This document shows, in pieces, positions 18,430 to 28,404 of a stretch of 64,000 nt of DNA. The stretch is taken from the NCBI GenBank assembly GCA_008015835.1, contig SSGH01000008.1:69165-133164 (forward strand). Reading direction: 5' to 3'. A program made the position numbers and the translations under genes. Below the pieces are notes generated by a model. The model ran no database searches and was not told the origin of the DNA. It saw nothing but the letters and a program-made list of their open reading frames with translations. This DNA is from Lysobacter sp. (GTDB taxonomy: Bacteria; Pseudomonadota; Gammaproteobacteria; Xanthomonadales; Xanthomonadaceae). Position 1 is the first letter of the stretch, and every line of letters starts with the position of its first letter.

Positions 18430-18436
18430 CGCGGCC

Positions 18437-18442
18437 AGTATA
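18437..18442 (-). promoter_or_regulatory. Putative sigma70 -10 box (TATACT) for a leaderless DUF2946 mRNA
   Basis: Minus-strand TATACT lies 7 nt before the ATG at 18429; no Shine-Dalgarno sequence. Confidence 0.45.
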
Positions 18443-18571
18443 CCGGCTTAGGTCGGCCGCGCCGCGAGCCGGTCGCGCGGGCGCTCGCGTCGAACGTTCG
18501 CCGACTGGGGGACGAAAAGGCCGCGACGACGACGAAGCGCATGCCTTCGTCGCCGCCGCGACACCACCCAT

Positions 18572-19183
18572 TCACTTCTTGCAGGGAATCGTGTTGCCGT
18601 TCGGGTCGTAGCAGGTCGCGGTGCGGGTCAAGCCATCGTCCTTGTTGCCGCTGACCGAGGCTTCGTAGCTGTTGCCGCTGCGGCCGGTGGCGTCGACGCT
18701 GCGATCGAGTTGGCCGTTCGCGTACTGCGTGTCGGCGTTGTAGCTCCCGCCTTGCGCGCCGGCGACGTTGGTCGTGCGTCCGCCGCTGACGGTGCCGTCG
18801 GCGCTGCGGACGAATTCGCCGTTGGTGCTGCCGCTGCTGTTGGCACCGTTCCATTGCGCGCCGCTGTGATGCTGCAGGCTGCCGTCGGCGTTGCGCGCGG
18901 TGCTGCCGGCGCGCGCGCCGGTACCGCCGTTCGGGCCGCGATAGGCGCCGCCGCTGACGACTTTGCCGTTGCCTTGGCCGTCGGTGGTCGCAGCGCGGCC
19001 GCGGATCGCGCCGCCGCCGTTGGGGCCGCGCACCGCCGACGCGCGACCGGCGCCGACGCCGCCCTCGGGGTTGGCGTGTGCGCCGCGGGCTTTGACGCGG
19101 CCGGCGGCGTCGGCCGGCGGCGCGGCGAGCGAAAGCGCGAGGCCGAGGGCCAGCGCGGGCAGGGCGAGAAGCGTGGTGTTCAT
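18572..19183 (-). CDS. Secreted Gly/Ser/Asn-rich repetitive protein, hypothetical
   Basis: Signal peptide; repeats of RGPNGG, NADG/SADG; C-terminal TCYDPNGNTIPC. Confidence 0.8.
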   Translation of the reverse strand: MNTTLLALPALALGLALSLAAPPADAAGRVKARGAHANPEGGVGAGRASAVRGPNGGGAIRGRAATTDGQGNGKVVSGGAYRGPNGGTGARAGSTARNADGSLQHHSGAQWNGANSSGSTNGEFVRSADGTVSGGRTTNVAGAQGGSYNADTQYANGQLDRSVDATGRSGNSYEASVSGNKDDGLTRTATCYDPNGNTIPCKK

Positions 19184-19289
19184 GTCGAAATCTCCGAATC
19201 CGAATCGAAAAAGAGAGGGGAGGGAGCGGGGGCGAGCGTGGGCGTGCCGACGCGAGCGCGCGGGCAGGTCGACCCGCGCGCTCGATGCG

Positions 19290-19838
19290 TCAACCGCGGG
19301 CTTCCCACATGCCGATCAGGCGTTCGCGCAGTTGCGCGAAACGATCCAGCCGTTCGGCCATCGCCGCGCGGACTTTCGCCTGCTCGGCGGGCGTCAGCGA
19401 TTCGTAGAGGTCGAGCTGGCGGTCGCGCAGCGCGCGCGCTTCGGCCATGTGCGCATCGACGCGGCGCTGGGATTCGTTCGAGAACGCGCGCAGATCGGGC
19501 GAGGATTGATCCAGCAGCGTGCGGAATTCCTGCATGCCGTCGCGCAAGTCTTCGCGGCCGACGCGGCGCAGCGCAATGGCTTCCTGGCGCAGCGCATCCC
19601 ACTGCTTGGCGTGCGCGCCGGCGATGCCGATCTGCGCGGCGGTGGGCGGCGCGAAGCGTTCGGCGTCGGCGAAGCGCGGCGCGGCGACGGCGGTGGCGAC
19701 GGTGAGCGCCGCGGCGACGGCGGCGACCAGATACAGCGATTTCGGCGAGAAGGCGCGGCGGGATTGCGCGCCGCTCCGAACGGTGCGGGCTTGAACGGTG
19801 CGGGTCTGGACGGTGTGGGGCGAGCGGGAGCCGGTCAT
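19290..19838 (-). CDS. Spy/CpxP-like periplasmic helical protein
   Basis: Signal/TM segment; SLTPAEQAKV (LTxxQ-like); all-helical; divergent from the TCS. Confidence 0.6.
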   Translation of the reverse strand: MTGSRSPHTVQTRTVQARTVRSGAQSRRAFSPKSLYLVAAVAAALTVATAVAAPRFADAERFAPPTAAQIGIAGAHAKQWDALRQEAIALRRVGREDLRDGMQEFRTLLDQSSPDLRAFSNESQRRVDAHMAEARALRDRQLDLYESLTPAEQAKVRAAMAERLDRFAQLRERLIGMWEARG

Positions 19839-20054
19839 GGCGAGGTCCTTTGCGTTGGGGGCGGGCGTCGGGCGACGCCGTGGACGCAGAATGCGGAAAG
19901 CCCGAGCGCGAAGGGTGTCGGAGCCGCGTCGGCGTGCAAGCGAAGATGTCGCGATGGCGCGGCGGACACATTCGTTTACAACTCGGCCCGCGCCGCGGGC
20001 GCGCGCGCGGCGATCGCCGCTTGTCGCGGACGCCGCGGCGGCGACAATGGCGGC

Positions 20055-20807
20055 ATGAACGTTTCTACCGCCATCCCCGCCGCCGCGTCCGCCCCCTGCG
20101 TCCTGGTCGTCGACGACGACGAGCGCCTGCGCGCGCTGTTGCTGCGCTACTTGGAACAACAGGGCATGCAGCCGCTGGGCGCGGCCGATGCGCGCGAACT
20201 CGATCGACAACTCGCGCGGCATCACGTCGATCTGATCGTGCTGGACCTGATGCTGCCCGGCGAAGACGGCCTCTCGATTTGCCGTCGCCTGCGCGGCCAA
20301 GGCGTGGAGACGCCGATCGTGATGTTGACCGCGAAAGGCGACGAGGTGGATCGCATCGTCGGCTTGGAGATCGGCGCCGACGATTACTTGCCAAAACCCG
20401 GCAATCCGCGCGAATTGGTCGCGCGGATTCGCGCGGTGCTGCGCCGCGGGCGACCCGCGCCCGGCGCGCCGAAGGAAGACGGTGGGCGCATCGCGTTCGG
20501 CGCCTGCGTGCTGGATCTCGGCGCGCGCACGCTGCATCGCGACGGTCGCGAATTGCGCATGACCACCGGCGAATTCGCGGTGCTGGCGGCGCTGGTGCAG
20601 CGGCCGCGGCAAGCGTTGACGCGCGATCAGTTGATGAGCGCTGCGCGCGGGCGCGAACACGATGCGTTCGAGCGCAGCATGGACGTGATGGTCAGCCGGC
20701 TGCGCAAATTGGTCGAACAGGACCCGAAACATCCGCGCTGGCTGCAAACCGTGTGGGGCACCGGCTACGTGTTCGTGCCCGACGACGCGGCGGAGCCCCG
20801 CGCATGA
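20055..20807 (+). CDS. ompR: OmpR-family response regulator
   Basis: VLVVDDD, LIVLDLMLPGEDG, MLTAKG, GADDYLPKP, winged helix LQTVWGTGY. Confidence 0.85.
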   Translation: MNVSTAIPAAASAPCVLVVDDDERLRALLLRYLEQQGMQPLGAADARELDRQLARHHVDLIVLDLMLPGEDGLSICRRLRGQGVETPIVMLTAKGDEVDRIVGLEIGADDYLPKPGNPRELVARIRAVLRRGRPAPGAPKEDGGRIAFGACVLDLGARTLHRDGRELRMTTGEFAVLAALVQRPRQALTRDQLMSAARGREHDAFERSMDVMVSRLRKLVEQDPKHPRWLQTVWGTGYVFVPDDAAEPRA

Positions 20808-22150
20808 GCGGCGCGTCGCGCGCGGCGTCGAAGCGCGCGCGCATCTTCGCGGCGCTGTCCGATGCGTTCGGACGGCTGCACACGCGATTGCTGCTGCTGT
20901 TGGCGGCGGTGGTGATCGCATCGGTCGCCGCCACGGCGTTCGCGTTCGGTTTGACCACGCGCGAAAGCAGCGCGGAACGCGCGGCGCGCATGCTGCATGC
21001 GCAGGTGATCGCCGCCGACGCGCTGTTGGCCGAGTCGGACCGCGTCGCGGCCGAGGCGCAGTTGCGTCGGCTCGGCCTGCGGTGGCGCGACCGTTTGCCG
21101 GAGGAGACGCGCGCCGAGATGCCCTGGCTGCGCAAAATCGAAACCCGCGCCGCTGCGCGTCTGCCCGGCCGCGCGATGCGGCTGAGCGGTTCGCCGCCGC
21201 GGCTGTGGGTGCGCGACCGCAGCGGCGACGGCTGGATCGGCGTTCCGCTGCTGGCCGGCGCCGAACCGTTCAAACGCGGCTTGGCGCTGTCGTTGCTCGC
21301 CATCGTGACGCTGGTGCTGGCGGCGGCGGCGATCTTCGCGCGTACCCTGACCCGTCCGCTGCGACGGCTGGCCGACGTCGCCCCCGCCATCGTCGCCGGC
21401 GAGGCGCCGCCGCCGCTGCGGTTCGCCAGCGCGGAAATGCGCGAACTGCAGGATTCCTTGGCCCAGGCCGCGGACGCGACCCGCGCCGTCGCCCGCGACC
21501 GCGAATTGATGCTGGCCGGGCTGTCGCACGACATGCGCACGCCGCTGGCGCGGCTGCGCTACGGCTTGGCGCTGATGGAAGGCGACGGCGATGCCGAGGG
21601 CCGCGAAGCGATGGAGCGCGATATCGACGAGATCGACGCGATCGTCGGCCAGTTCATCGATTACGTCCGCGACGGTCGCGACGAGGCCGAGACCGAGGTC
21701 GATTTGGCCGAACTTCTGCGCGAACAGGAGGATGCGGAGGCCCGCGCGGGCCGCGACTGGGCGCTCGTCGCGCCCGAATGCGCCGCGCTGCACGGGCGGC
21801 CGCTGGCGCTGCGCCGCGCCATCGGCAATCTGGTCGCGAATGCGGTCAAACACGGCGCCGCGCCGTTCGAACTGCAGCTCGAGGCCTGTCCGCCCGACCC
21901 CGAATCCGGTCTGGCCGAAGGCTGGCGACTGCGCGTGAGCGACCGCGGCCCCGGTGTGCCGCAGGAGCGGCTGAACGACCTCGGCCGCCCGTTTCACCGC
22001 GTGGACACCGCGCGCGGCACCCCCGGCAGCGGTCTGGGACTGGCTAGCGTCGCCCGCGTGGCCGCCGTCCACCGCGGCGCGCTGCGCCTGCGTAACCGCG
22101 AGGGCGGCGGATTGGAAGCCGAGCTGCGGCTGGCGTTCCGGCCGGACTGA
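20804..22150 (+). CDS. EnvZ-like sensor histidine kinase
   Basis: Two TM segments, HAMP, H-box LSHDMRTPL, N-box NLVANAVKHG, DRGPG, GSGLGLA; ATGA overlap with the regulator. Confidence 0.9.
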   Translation: MSGASRAASKRARIFAALSDAFGRLHTRLLLLLAAVVIASVAATAFAFGLTTRESSAERAARMLHAQVIAADALLAESDRVAAEAQLRRLGLRWRDRLPEETRAEMPWLRKIETRAAARLPGRAMRLSGSPPRLWVRDRSGDGWIGVPLLAGAEPFKRGLALSLLAIVTLVLAAAAIFARTLTRPLRRLADVAPAIVAGEAPPPLRFASAEMRELQDSLAQAADATRAVARDRELMLAGLSHDMRTPLARLRYGLALMEGDGDAEGREAMERDIDEIDAIVGQFIDYVRDGRDEAETEVDLAELLREQEDAEARAGRDWALVAPECAALHGRPLALRRAIGNLVANAVKHGAAPFELQLEACPPDPESGLAEGWRLRVSDRGPGVPQERLNDLGRPFHRVDTARGTPGSGLGLASVARVAAVHRGALRLRNREGGGLEAELRLAFRPD

Positions 22151-22219
22151 AAACGTCTCCGGATAGCGCATTGGTCGCTTGCATCGCGTCGCATCCTTCG
22201 CGTCGGCGCCCACGGCTTG

Positions 22220-22591
22220 CCCCTCATCCGGCCTTCGGCCACCTTCTCCCCGCATGGCGGGGAGAAGGGAGTTCGATGCGAGAACGCGCGATCCGAACTG
22301 CGCCAACCGAACGACATAACCCGAACCGCACGACCCGAAGTGCCTCCCGGAATCCTGCGACCCCAATCCCGAATCCCGAATCCCGAATCCCGAATCCCGA
22401 ATCCCGAATCCCGAATCCCGAATCCCGAATCCCGAATCCTGCGCTAAGAACCCCACTATTCGGACCGCACGCATCGCCCCCCCCTACGATCCCGATTGGG
22501 TATTCCAGGCTAGGCGATCTCGCGCTAAAGGCATCACCCCTCCCTTCTCCCCGCCGCGCGGGGAGAAGGTGGCCGAAGGCCGGATGAGGGG
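22220..22591. repeat. Composite element: two inverted 50-bp REP-like arms flanking a heptamer microsatellite
   Basis: CCCCTCATCCGGCCTTCGGCCACCTTCTCCCCGC..GGCGGGGAGAAGGG at 22220-22269, with its reverse complement at 22542-22591 (48/50 identical). Confidence 0.9.
22364..22440. repeat. (GAATCCC)n tandem repeat, 9 perfect plus 2 imperfect units
   Basis: Read directly from the sequence. Confidence 0.95.
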
Positions 22592-22739
22592 CCGGCGCTA
22601 CCCGATACCCTCCCGCGCCCGGGGATCGCCGGGCTTGTGGCAAAATCGTCGGCCGCTTCGCACGAGACCCCGCCCATGCCGCCAGTCGTCGCCCGACCGC
22701 GCGCCGCTCGTCCGCTCGCCCCTGGGCGGAGCGCCTGAG

Positions 22740-23120
22740 ATGGCGGACCAAACCGGACATCTGCCGCGCACGCCGGGCCGCATCTTCAAGGCCGCGGTCT
22801 GGTCGATGCAGGGCCTGCGCGCCGCCTGGTTGCACGAGTCCTCGTTCCGGCTGGAGGTCTACCTGCTGATCGTGCTCGCCCCGCTGGCGCTATGGCTGGG
22901 CGACAACGTGATCGAACGCGCGCTGATGATCGGCAGTTGTCTGCTGGTGCTCAGCGCGGAGCTGTTGAACTCCGCGGTGGAAGCGGTGATCGAACGCTAC
23001 GGCCCCGAATTCCACGAACTGGCCGGGCGGGCCAAGGACATGGGCTCCGCCGCGGTGTTCGTGCTGATGATGAACGTCTTGCTGGTTTGGGGTTTGATCC
23101 TCGGCGAACGCTTCTTTTGA
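22740..23120 (+). CDS. dgkA: Diacylglycerol kinase
   Basis: SMQGLRAAWLHESSFRLE, ELLNSAVEAVIE, AKDMGSAAV. Confidence 0.95.
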   Translation: MADQTGHLPRTPGRIFKAAVWSMQGLRAAWLHESSFRLEVYLLIVLAPLALWLGDNVIERALMIGSCLLVLSAELLNSAVEAVIERYGPEFHELAGRAKDMGSAAVFVLMMNVLLVWGLILGERFF

Positions 23121-23169
23121 TCGCGACGCCTCGCCGCGCGCCCCGACGAATTTCTAGGAAACGAACTCG

Positions 23170-23904
23170 ATGTTGGAATTGCTGACCGATCCGCAGACGT
23201 GGATCACCCTGATCACCTTGAGCGCGATCGAAATCGTGCTCGGCATCGACAATCTGGTGTTCATCTCGATCGCGGTCTCCAAGCTGCCGTACGAGAAGCG
23301 CGAGAAGGCGCGCAAATTCGGCATCGCCGTGGCCTGCATCACCCGCGTCGCGCTGCTGCTGACGCTGGCGTGGTTGGCCGGACTGACCCGCGACCTGTTC
23401 AGCGTATTCGGCCAGGGCATTTCGGTGCGCGATCTGGTGCTGATCCTCGGCGGCGTTTTCCTGCTGGTCAAAGGCACTGGCGAAATCCGCGACATCCTGC
23501 AGGGCGAGGGCGAAAGCGAGGACATCGACACCAAACCCAAGACCGCGTTCTGGGCGGTGATCGCGCAGATCGCCGTGATCGACATCGTGTTCTCGCTCGA
23601 CTCGGTGATCGCGGCGGTGGGCATGGCCAACCAAACCCCGGTGATGGTCGCGGCGATCCTGCTGGCGGTCGCGGTGATGCTGCTGGCGGCCACGCCGATC
23701 GGCAAATTCATCGACCACAACCCGACCATCAAAATGCTGGCGCTCGCGTTCATCGTGCTGGTCGGCGCCTTCCTGATCGCCGAGGGTTTCGAGGCCCACG
23801 TGCCGAAGGGCTACATCTACTTCGCGATGGCGTTCTCCGCAGCGGTGGAAATGCTGAATCTGTGGGCGAAAAAGCGCGCTCAGCAGCGCTTGGTGTCGGA
23901 GTAG
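23170..23904 (+). CDS. TerC family membrane protein
   Basis: EIVLGIDNLVFI, DIVFSLDSVIAAVG, KGYIYFAMAFS. Confidence 0.92.
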   Translation: MLELLTDPQTWITLITLSAIEIVLGIDNLVFISIAVSKLPYEKREKARKFGIAVACITRVALLLTLAWLAGLTRDLFSVFGQGISVRDLVLILGGVFLLVKGTGEIRDILQGEGESEDIDTKPKTAFWAVIAQIAVIDIVFSLDSVIAAVGMANQTPVMVAAILLAVAVMLLAATPIGKFIDHNPTIKMLALAFIVLVGAFLIAEGFEAHVPKGYIYFAMAFSAAVEMLNLWAKKRAQQRLVSE

Positions 23905-24074
23905 CGCCCGCCGCTTCCTTGAGGCTCGTCGTTGTGCGGCGGCGTCGACGCGCCGAATCGATCGCGTGGAACGCTGCGTTGCCGTCGCGCTCGTGACCAA
24001 GGGCACTTATTGCCCGTGCGGCGCATGCGCATAGTCCGCCCGCGCCGCGCATGCGGCCCTTGGGAGATGGACCG

Positions 24075-25085
24075 ATGAGAGCGCTTGGAAGTGCGCGTTC
24101 GCTGGCTTGGTGGTTGGGGGCGATGCTCTGGGCCGTGGGATGCGCGGCGGCGCAATCGCCGGTGGCGATTCCCCCTCTGGATTCTCCGGTCGTCGATCTC
24201 ACCGACACGCTTTCGATGCAGGATCGACAACGGTTAGAGGCGCGTGCGCGGGAATTGCGCTCGCGCAGCGGCGCGCAGTTGCAGATTCTGATCGTGCCGA
24301 CCACCGCGCCGGAGGACGTCGCGGACTACGCCCAACGCGTGTTCGATACGCAGGGACTCGGGCGCCGCGGTTTCGACGACGGTCTCTTGATCGTGGTCGT
24401 CAAGAACGATCGCCGTACCCGCATCCACACCGGCACGGGGCTCGAAGCCAAGATTCCCGACGCCACCGCAAAACGGTTGATCGACGAATATCTCGTGCCG
24501 AAATTCCGTCGCGGCGATTTCGGCGGCGGACTCGACGACGCGACCTTGGTCTTGGCGTCGTTGATGAACGGAGAGCCGCTGCCTGCGCCGAAGCGAGCGC
24601 TTCGCTTGCCGGCTGCCCTCACCTTCATACTTGCCATATTCGCGGCGCTGGCCGCGCGTCTACTGCCTCGGGCGCTGGGAAGGCTCACGCGGGTAGGGAC
24701 TGCGATCACTGCGGCGGTGTTGGTCTCGTCGCTGTCGCACAACACGATCGTCGTTTGGTCGGCGGCGATCATAGGCGCGTTGCTGGTCCTGGATTTTTCC
24801 CGCAAGGACGTCTCTCGCCTCAAGGCGTTCGCGACCGATCTGGCATCCGCTCCTGAGCTTGAGCGCGGCCCCAACGCTCCAGGCCGCCAATGGAATCCCG
24901 ATGAACTTACCTTCGACCCCGACGATCCCGAGGTGGTGCGTCGCAGGGAGGCGCGCGAGCGTCAAGAACGCGAAGCCGCTCGGAACCAGAGCGACAACGA
25001 TATGGATTGGGGCGGAGGCGGCTCTTCGAGCGGATCGAGCGGCGGCGGCGGAAGCAGCGGCGGTGGGGCCTCGGGCGGATGGTGA
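24075..25085 (+). CDS. TPM domain (YgcG-like) membrane protein
   Basis: VVDLTDTLS, QILIVPTT, RIHTGTGLEAKIPD, Gly-rich tail GGGASGGW. Alternative start 24051. Confidence 0.88.
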   Translation: MRALGSARSLAWWLGAMLWAVGCAAAQSPVAIPPLDSPVVDLTDTLSMQDRQRLEARARELRSRSGAQLQILIVPTTAPEDVADYAQRVFDTQGLGRRGFDDGLLIVVVKNDRRTRIHTGTGLEAKIPDATAKRLIDEYLVPKFRRGDFGGGLDDATLVLASLMNGEPLPAPKRALRLPAALTFILAIFAALAARLLPRALGRLTRVGTAITAAVLVSSLSHNTIVVWSAAIIGALLVLDFSRKDVSRLKAFATDLASAPELERGPNAPGRQWNPDELTFDPDDPEVVRRREARERQEREAARNQSDNDMDWGGGGSSSGSSGGGGSSGGGASGGW

Positions 25086-25155
25086 TCCCGTCGCGGCCTG
25101 CGCATTCGGGCATCCTCCGGCACAATAGGCGCCCCCGCCCACGATTCCGGCTCCG

Positions 25156-26031
25156 ATGACCTACCTGCACCAAATCGATCCGATCGCGTTCACGCTCGGC
25201 CCGCTGAAGGTGCATTGGTACGGGATCATGTACATGCTCGGCTTCGCCGCGGCCTGGGCGTTGGGCCGGCGTCGCGTGCGCGCCGGCCGCTTGCCCGGCG
25301 TGGACGAGCAGGCGTATAGCGATCTGCTGTTCTACAGCATGCTCGGCGTGATCTTCGGCGCGCGCATCGGCTACGTGCTGTTCTACGACCTCGATAACTA
25401 TCTGCGCGAGCCGCTGCTGATCTTCAAGATTTGGCAGGGCGGCATGAGTTTCCACGGCGGTTTGCTCGGCGTACTCGCCGCCGGCCTGTGGTGGTCGCGC
25501 AAATACAAGACGCATTTCTTCGACGTGATCGATTTCCTGGCCCCGCTCGTGCCGCCGGGGCTCGGCCTCGGCCGGTTGGGCAATTTCATCAACGGCGAGC
25601 TGTGGGGCAAATACACCGAAGCCGGTTGGGGCGTGATCTTTCCGTATGCCGAAGCCGGCATGGCGCAGATGGATACCGCCGCGCTGCGCGCGCAGCACGC
25701 CACCGGCGCGTTCGATGCGCTGGCGCGGCATCCCAGCCAGTTGTATCAATTCGCGCTGGAAGGCGTCGCGCTGTTCTGCATTCTTTGGTGGTTCTCGCGC
25801 AAACCGCGCCACCGTTACGCGGTCTCCGGCGTGTTCGCACTGTGCTACGGCTGTTTCCGCTTCCTGATCGAATTCGTGCGGTTGCCGGACGAGCAAATCG
25901 GCTATCTCGCTTTCGGTTGGTTGACCATGGGCCAACTGCTGAGCCTGCCGTTGGTCGTGTTGGGGCTCGCGCTGTTGTGGTTTTCGCGCAAAGCGCCGGT
26001 GCTAGAGCCCGCCGCGAGCGGCCGCGGCTGA
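25156..26031 (+). CDS. lgt: Prolipoprotein diacylglyceryl transferase
   Basis: [35 protein letters not shown]. Confidence 0.97.
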   Translation: MTYLHQIDPIAFTLGPLKVHWYGIMYMLGFAAAWALGRRRVRAGRLPGVDEQAYSDLLFYSMLGVIFGARIGYVLFYDLDNYLREPLLIFKIWQGGMSFHGGLLGVLAAGLWWSRKYKTHFFDVIDFLAPLVPPGLGLGRLGNFINGELWGKYTEAGWGVIFPYAEAGMAQMDTAALRAQHATGAFDALARHPSQLYQFALEGVALFCILWWFSRKPRHRYAVSGVFALCYGCFRFLIEFVRLPDEQIGYLAFGWLTMGQLLSLPLVVLGLALLWFSRKAPVLEPAASGRG

Positions 26032-26055
26032 AGCCGTCCCTACGAGACTTCATCG

Positions 26056-26850
26056 ATGCGCGCCTATCTCGATCTTCTGCGGCACGTTCTGGAACACGGC
26101 CACGAAAAAGCCGATCGCACCGGCACCGGCACGCGCAGCGTCTTCGGCTGGCAGATGCGCTTCGATCTGAGCGAAGGCTTTCCGCTGGTCACCACCAAGA
26201 AGCTGCATCTGCGCTCGATCGTGCACGAACTGCTGTGGTTCCTGAAAGGCGAGACCAACATCGCCTATCTGAAAGACCACAAGGTCAGCATTTGGGACGA
26301 ATGGGCCGACGCCGACGGCGAACTCGGCCCGGTCTACGGCAAGCAGTGGCGGCGTTGGGCCGACGCCGACGGCGTCGAGATCGATCAGATTCGCTGGGTG
26401 GTCGACGAAATCAAACGCAATCCCGATTCCCGTCGGTTGATCGTCAGCGCATGGAACGTCGCGGATCTGCCGCGGATGGCGCTGATGCCTTGCCACACGA
26501 TGTTCCAGTTCTACGTCGCGAACGGCAAACTCAGTTGCCAGCTCTACCAGCGCAGCGGCGATATTTTTCTGGGCGTGCCGTTCAATATCGCCAGCTACGC
26601 GCTGCTCACGCACATGGTCGCGCAAGTCTGCGGCTTGGGCGTCGGCGATTTCGTGCACACCCTGGGCGATGCGCATCTGTATTCGAATCACGTCGATCAA
26701 GCGCGCGAGCAACTCGCGCGCGCGCCGCGGCCGCTGCCGCGGCTGCGCTTGAATCCCGAGGTGCGCGATATTTTCGGCTTCGCGTACGAGGACATCGCGA
26801 TCGAAGACTACGACCCGCATCCGGCGATCAAAGCGCCGGTCGCGGTGTGA
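26056..26850 (+). CDS. thyA: Thymidylate synthase
   Basis: [44 protein letters not shown]. Confidence 0.98.
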   Translation: MRAYLDLLRHVLEHGHEKADRTGTGTRSVFGWQMRFDLSEGFPLVTTKKLHLRSIVHELLWFLKGETNIAYLKDHKVSIWDEWADADGELGPVYGKQWRRWADADGVEIDQIRWVVDEIKRNPDSRRLIVSAWNVADLPRMALMPCHTMFQFYVANGKLSCQLYQRSGDIFLGVPFNIASYALLTHMVAQVCGLGVGDFVHTLGDAHLYSNHVDQAREQLARAPRPLPRLRLNPEVRDIFGFAYEDIAIEDYDPHPAIKAPVAV

Positions 26851-26866
26851 TCGCCGCGCTCGCGCG

Positions 26867-27376
26867 ATGACCGCGCTGGTTTTGATCGCCGCGCTCGACC
26901 GTAACCGCGCCATCGGTCGCGACAACGCCATGCCCTGGCATTTGCCGAACGACCTGAAGCGGTTCAAGGCGAAGACGTTGGGCAAACCCGTGCTGATGGG
27001 ACGCAAAACCGCCGAGTCGCTGGGCCGTGCGTTGCCCGGGCGGCGCAATCTGGTGCTGACGCGCGGCGATCGCGCCCCGTTCGCGGCCATGGATGCGGTT
27101 CCGAGCCTCGACCGGGCGCGCGCGATCGCCGCGCAGGACGGCGCCGCCGAGCTGTGCGTGATCGGCGGCGGCGAGCTGTATGCGCTGACCTTGCCGCTCG
27201 CGGCGCGCATGCATCTGACTCATGTCGATACCGCGATCGACGGCGGCGATGCGTTTTTCCCCGCGTTCGATCCCGGAGAATGGCGCATCGTCTTCCGCGA
27301 ACCGCATCCGACGGACGCGAAACATACGTATTCCTTCGCGTTCGTGGATTACGAGCGCGTCGGGCTCCTGCCATAA
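26867..27376 (+). CDS. folA: Dihydrofolate reductase
   Basis: AIGRDNAMPWHLPNDL, MGRKT, LPGRRNLVL, IGGGELY, DAFFP. Confidence 0.96.
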   Translation: MTALVLIAALDRNRAIGRDNAMPWHLPNDLKRFKAKTLGKPVLMGRKTAESLGRALPGRRNLVLTRGDRAPFAAMDAVPSLDRARAIAAQDGAAELCVIGGGELYALTLPLAARMHLTHVDTAIDGGDAFFPAFDPGEWRIVFREPHPTDAKHTYSFAFVDYERVGLLP

Positions 27377-27430
27377 ACGGCAGGTCTCGCGCACGCTGCG
27401 CGCTTCTGCCCCTCCTATCGTGGAATCCGC

Positions 27431-27913
27431 ATGAAAACACCGTTGTCGATCTTGCTCGCGTTGTCGTTGGCCTTCGTGTCCGCCGCGCGTTCCGAACCGC
27501 CGAAGCGCTCCGCGCTGATCGGCCGTTGGGCGGTGGATGTCTCGAGATTGCCGATGCCGCCGGAGGCGCGGCCTCAGCGCGTGACGATCGCGTTCGATCA
27601 GCCCGAACCCGGGCGCTGGTCCACGACGGTGGAGGTGATCGATGCGGCCGGCGCGACCCACCGCGCCGAGGGCGTGCAGCCGCTGGACGGCACGCCCGCG
27701 CCGGTGACCGGCGGCTTCGAGTCCGACATCGCCTCCGCGACGATGCCCACGCCGGACGTACTGATCCTAACGCTCGGCCATGACGGCGTGCCCGGCTCGA
27801 CGCGCATCTACACCGTCGTTCGAGGCGGCGAATCGATGATCGAAACCTCCAGCTATTTCGGCGACGACGGCCGGCCGATCGTGCGCACGCATTATTTTCG
27901 TCGTTTGCCGTGA
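27431..27913 (+). CDS. Hypothetical secreted beta-rich protein
   Basis: Signal peptide; LIGRWAVD lipocalin-like start. Confidence 0.75.
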   Translation: MKTPLSILLALSLAFVSAARSEPPKRSALIGRWAVDVSRLPMPPEARPQRVTIAFDQPEPGRWSTTVEVIDAAGATHRAEGVQPLDGTPAPVTGGFESDIASATMPTPDVLILTLGHDGVPGSTRIYTVVRGGESMIETSSYFGDDGRPIVRTHYFRRLP

Positions 27914-28001
27914 ATGGGCCCGTTCCGCGGCACTTGACCCGTCCGATCGCGCGCGCCAGGCTGCGGCCTGAGATCGCTCGATACGTCACCATGGAGGCGC
28001 T

Positions 28002-28400
28002 ATGTGGTTGAAGCTTTACGCCATCACGCTGCCGGTGTTTTTCGCCATCGACATGCTGTGGTTGGGCGTCGTGGCGCGCAGTTTCTATCGCGCTCAGATC
28101 GGCAGCCTGCTGAAAACCGACGTGAATTGGACCGCGGCGGTGCTGTTCTATCTCGTGTTCATCGCCGGCATCGTGTTCTTCGTGCTCGCGCCCGCGCTGG
28201 AGAAATCTTCGTGGCGCTACGCGTTATTCGTAGGCGCGGCGTTCGGTTTCGTCACCTACGCGACGTACGATCTGACCAATCTCGCGACGATGAAGGATTG
28301 GCCGCTGCTGGTGACGGTGGTCGATCTGGCCTGGGGCAGCGTGCTGACCGGATCGGTGTCGGTGGTCAGCTACGCCATCGCTCGAAAATTGGGGATGTGA
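28002..28400 (+). CDS. DUF2177 family membrane protein
   Basis: IDMLWLG, YATYDLTNLAT, VDLAWG; RBS GGAGG. Confidence 0.88.
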   Translation: MWLKLYAITLPVFFAIDMLWLGVVARSFYRAQIGSLLKTDVNWTAAVLFYLVFIAGIVFFVLAPALEKSSWRYALFVGAAFGFVTYATYDLTNLATMKDWPLLVTVVDLAWGSVLTGSVSVVSYAIARKLGM

Positions 28401-28404
28401 TCCG

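Noticed and set aside
22364-22440. ORFs encoding (NPESRIP)n or (GFGIRDS)n peptides
   Set aside because: These are translations of the heptamer microsatellite, with no credible RBS or context.
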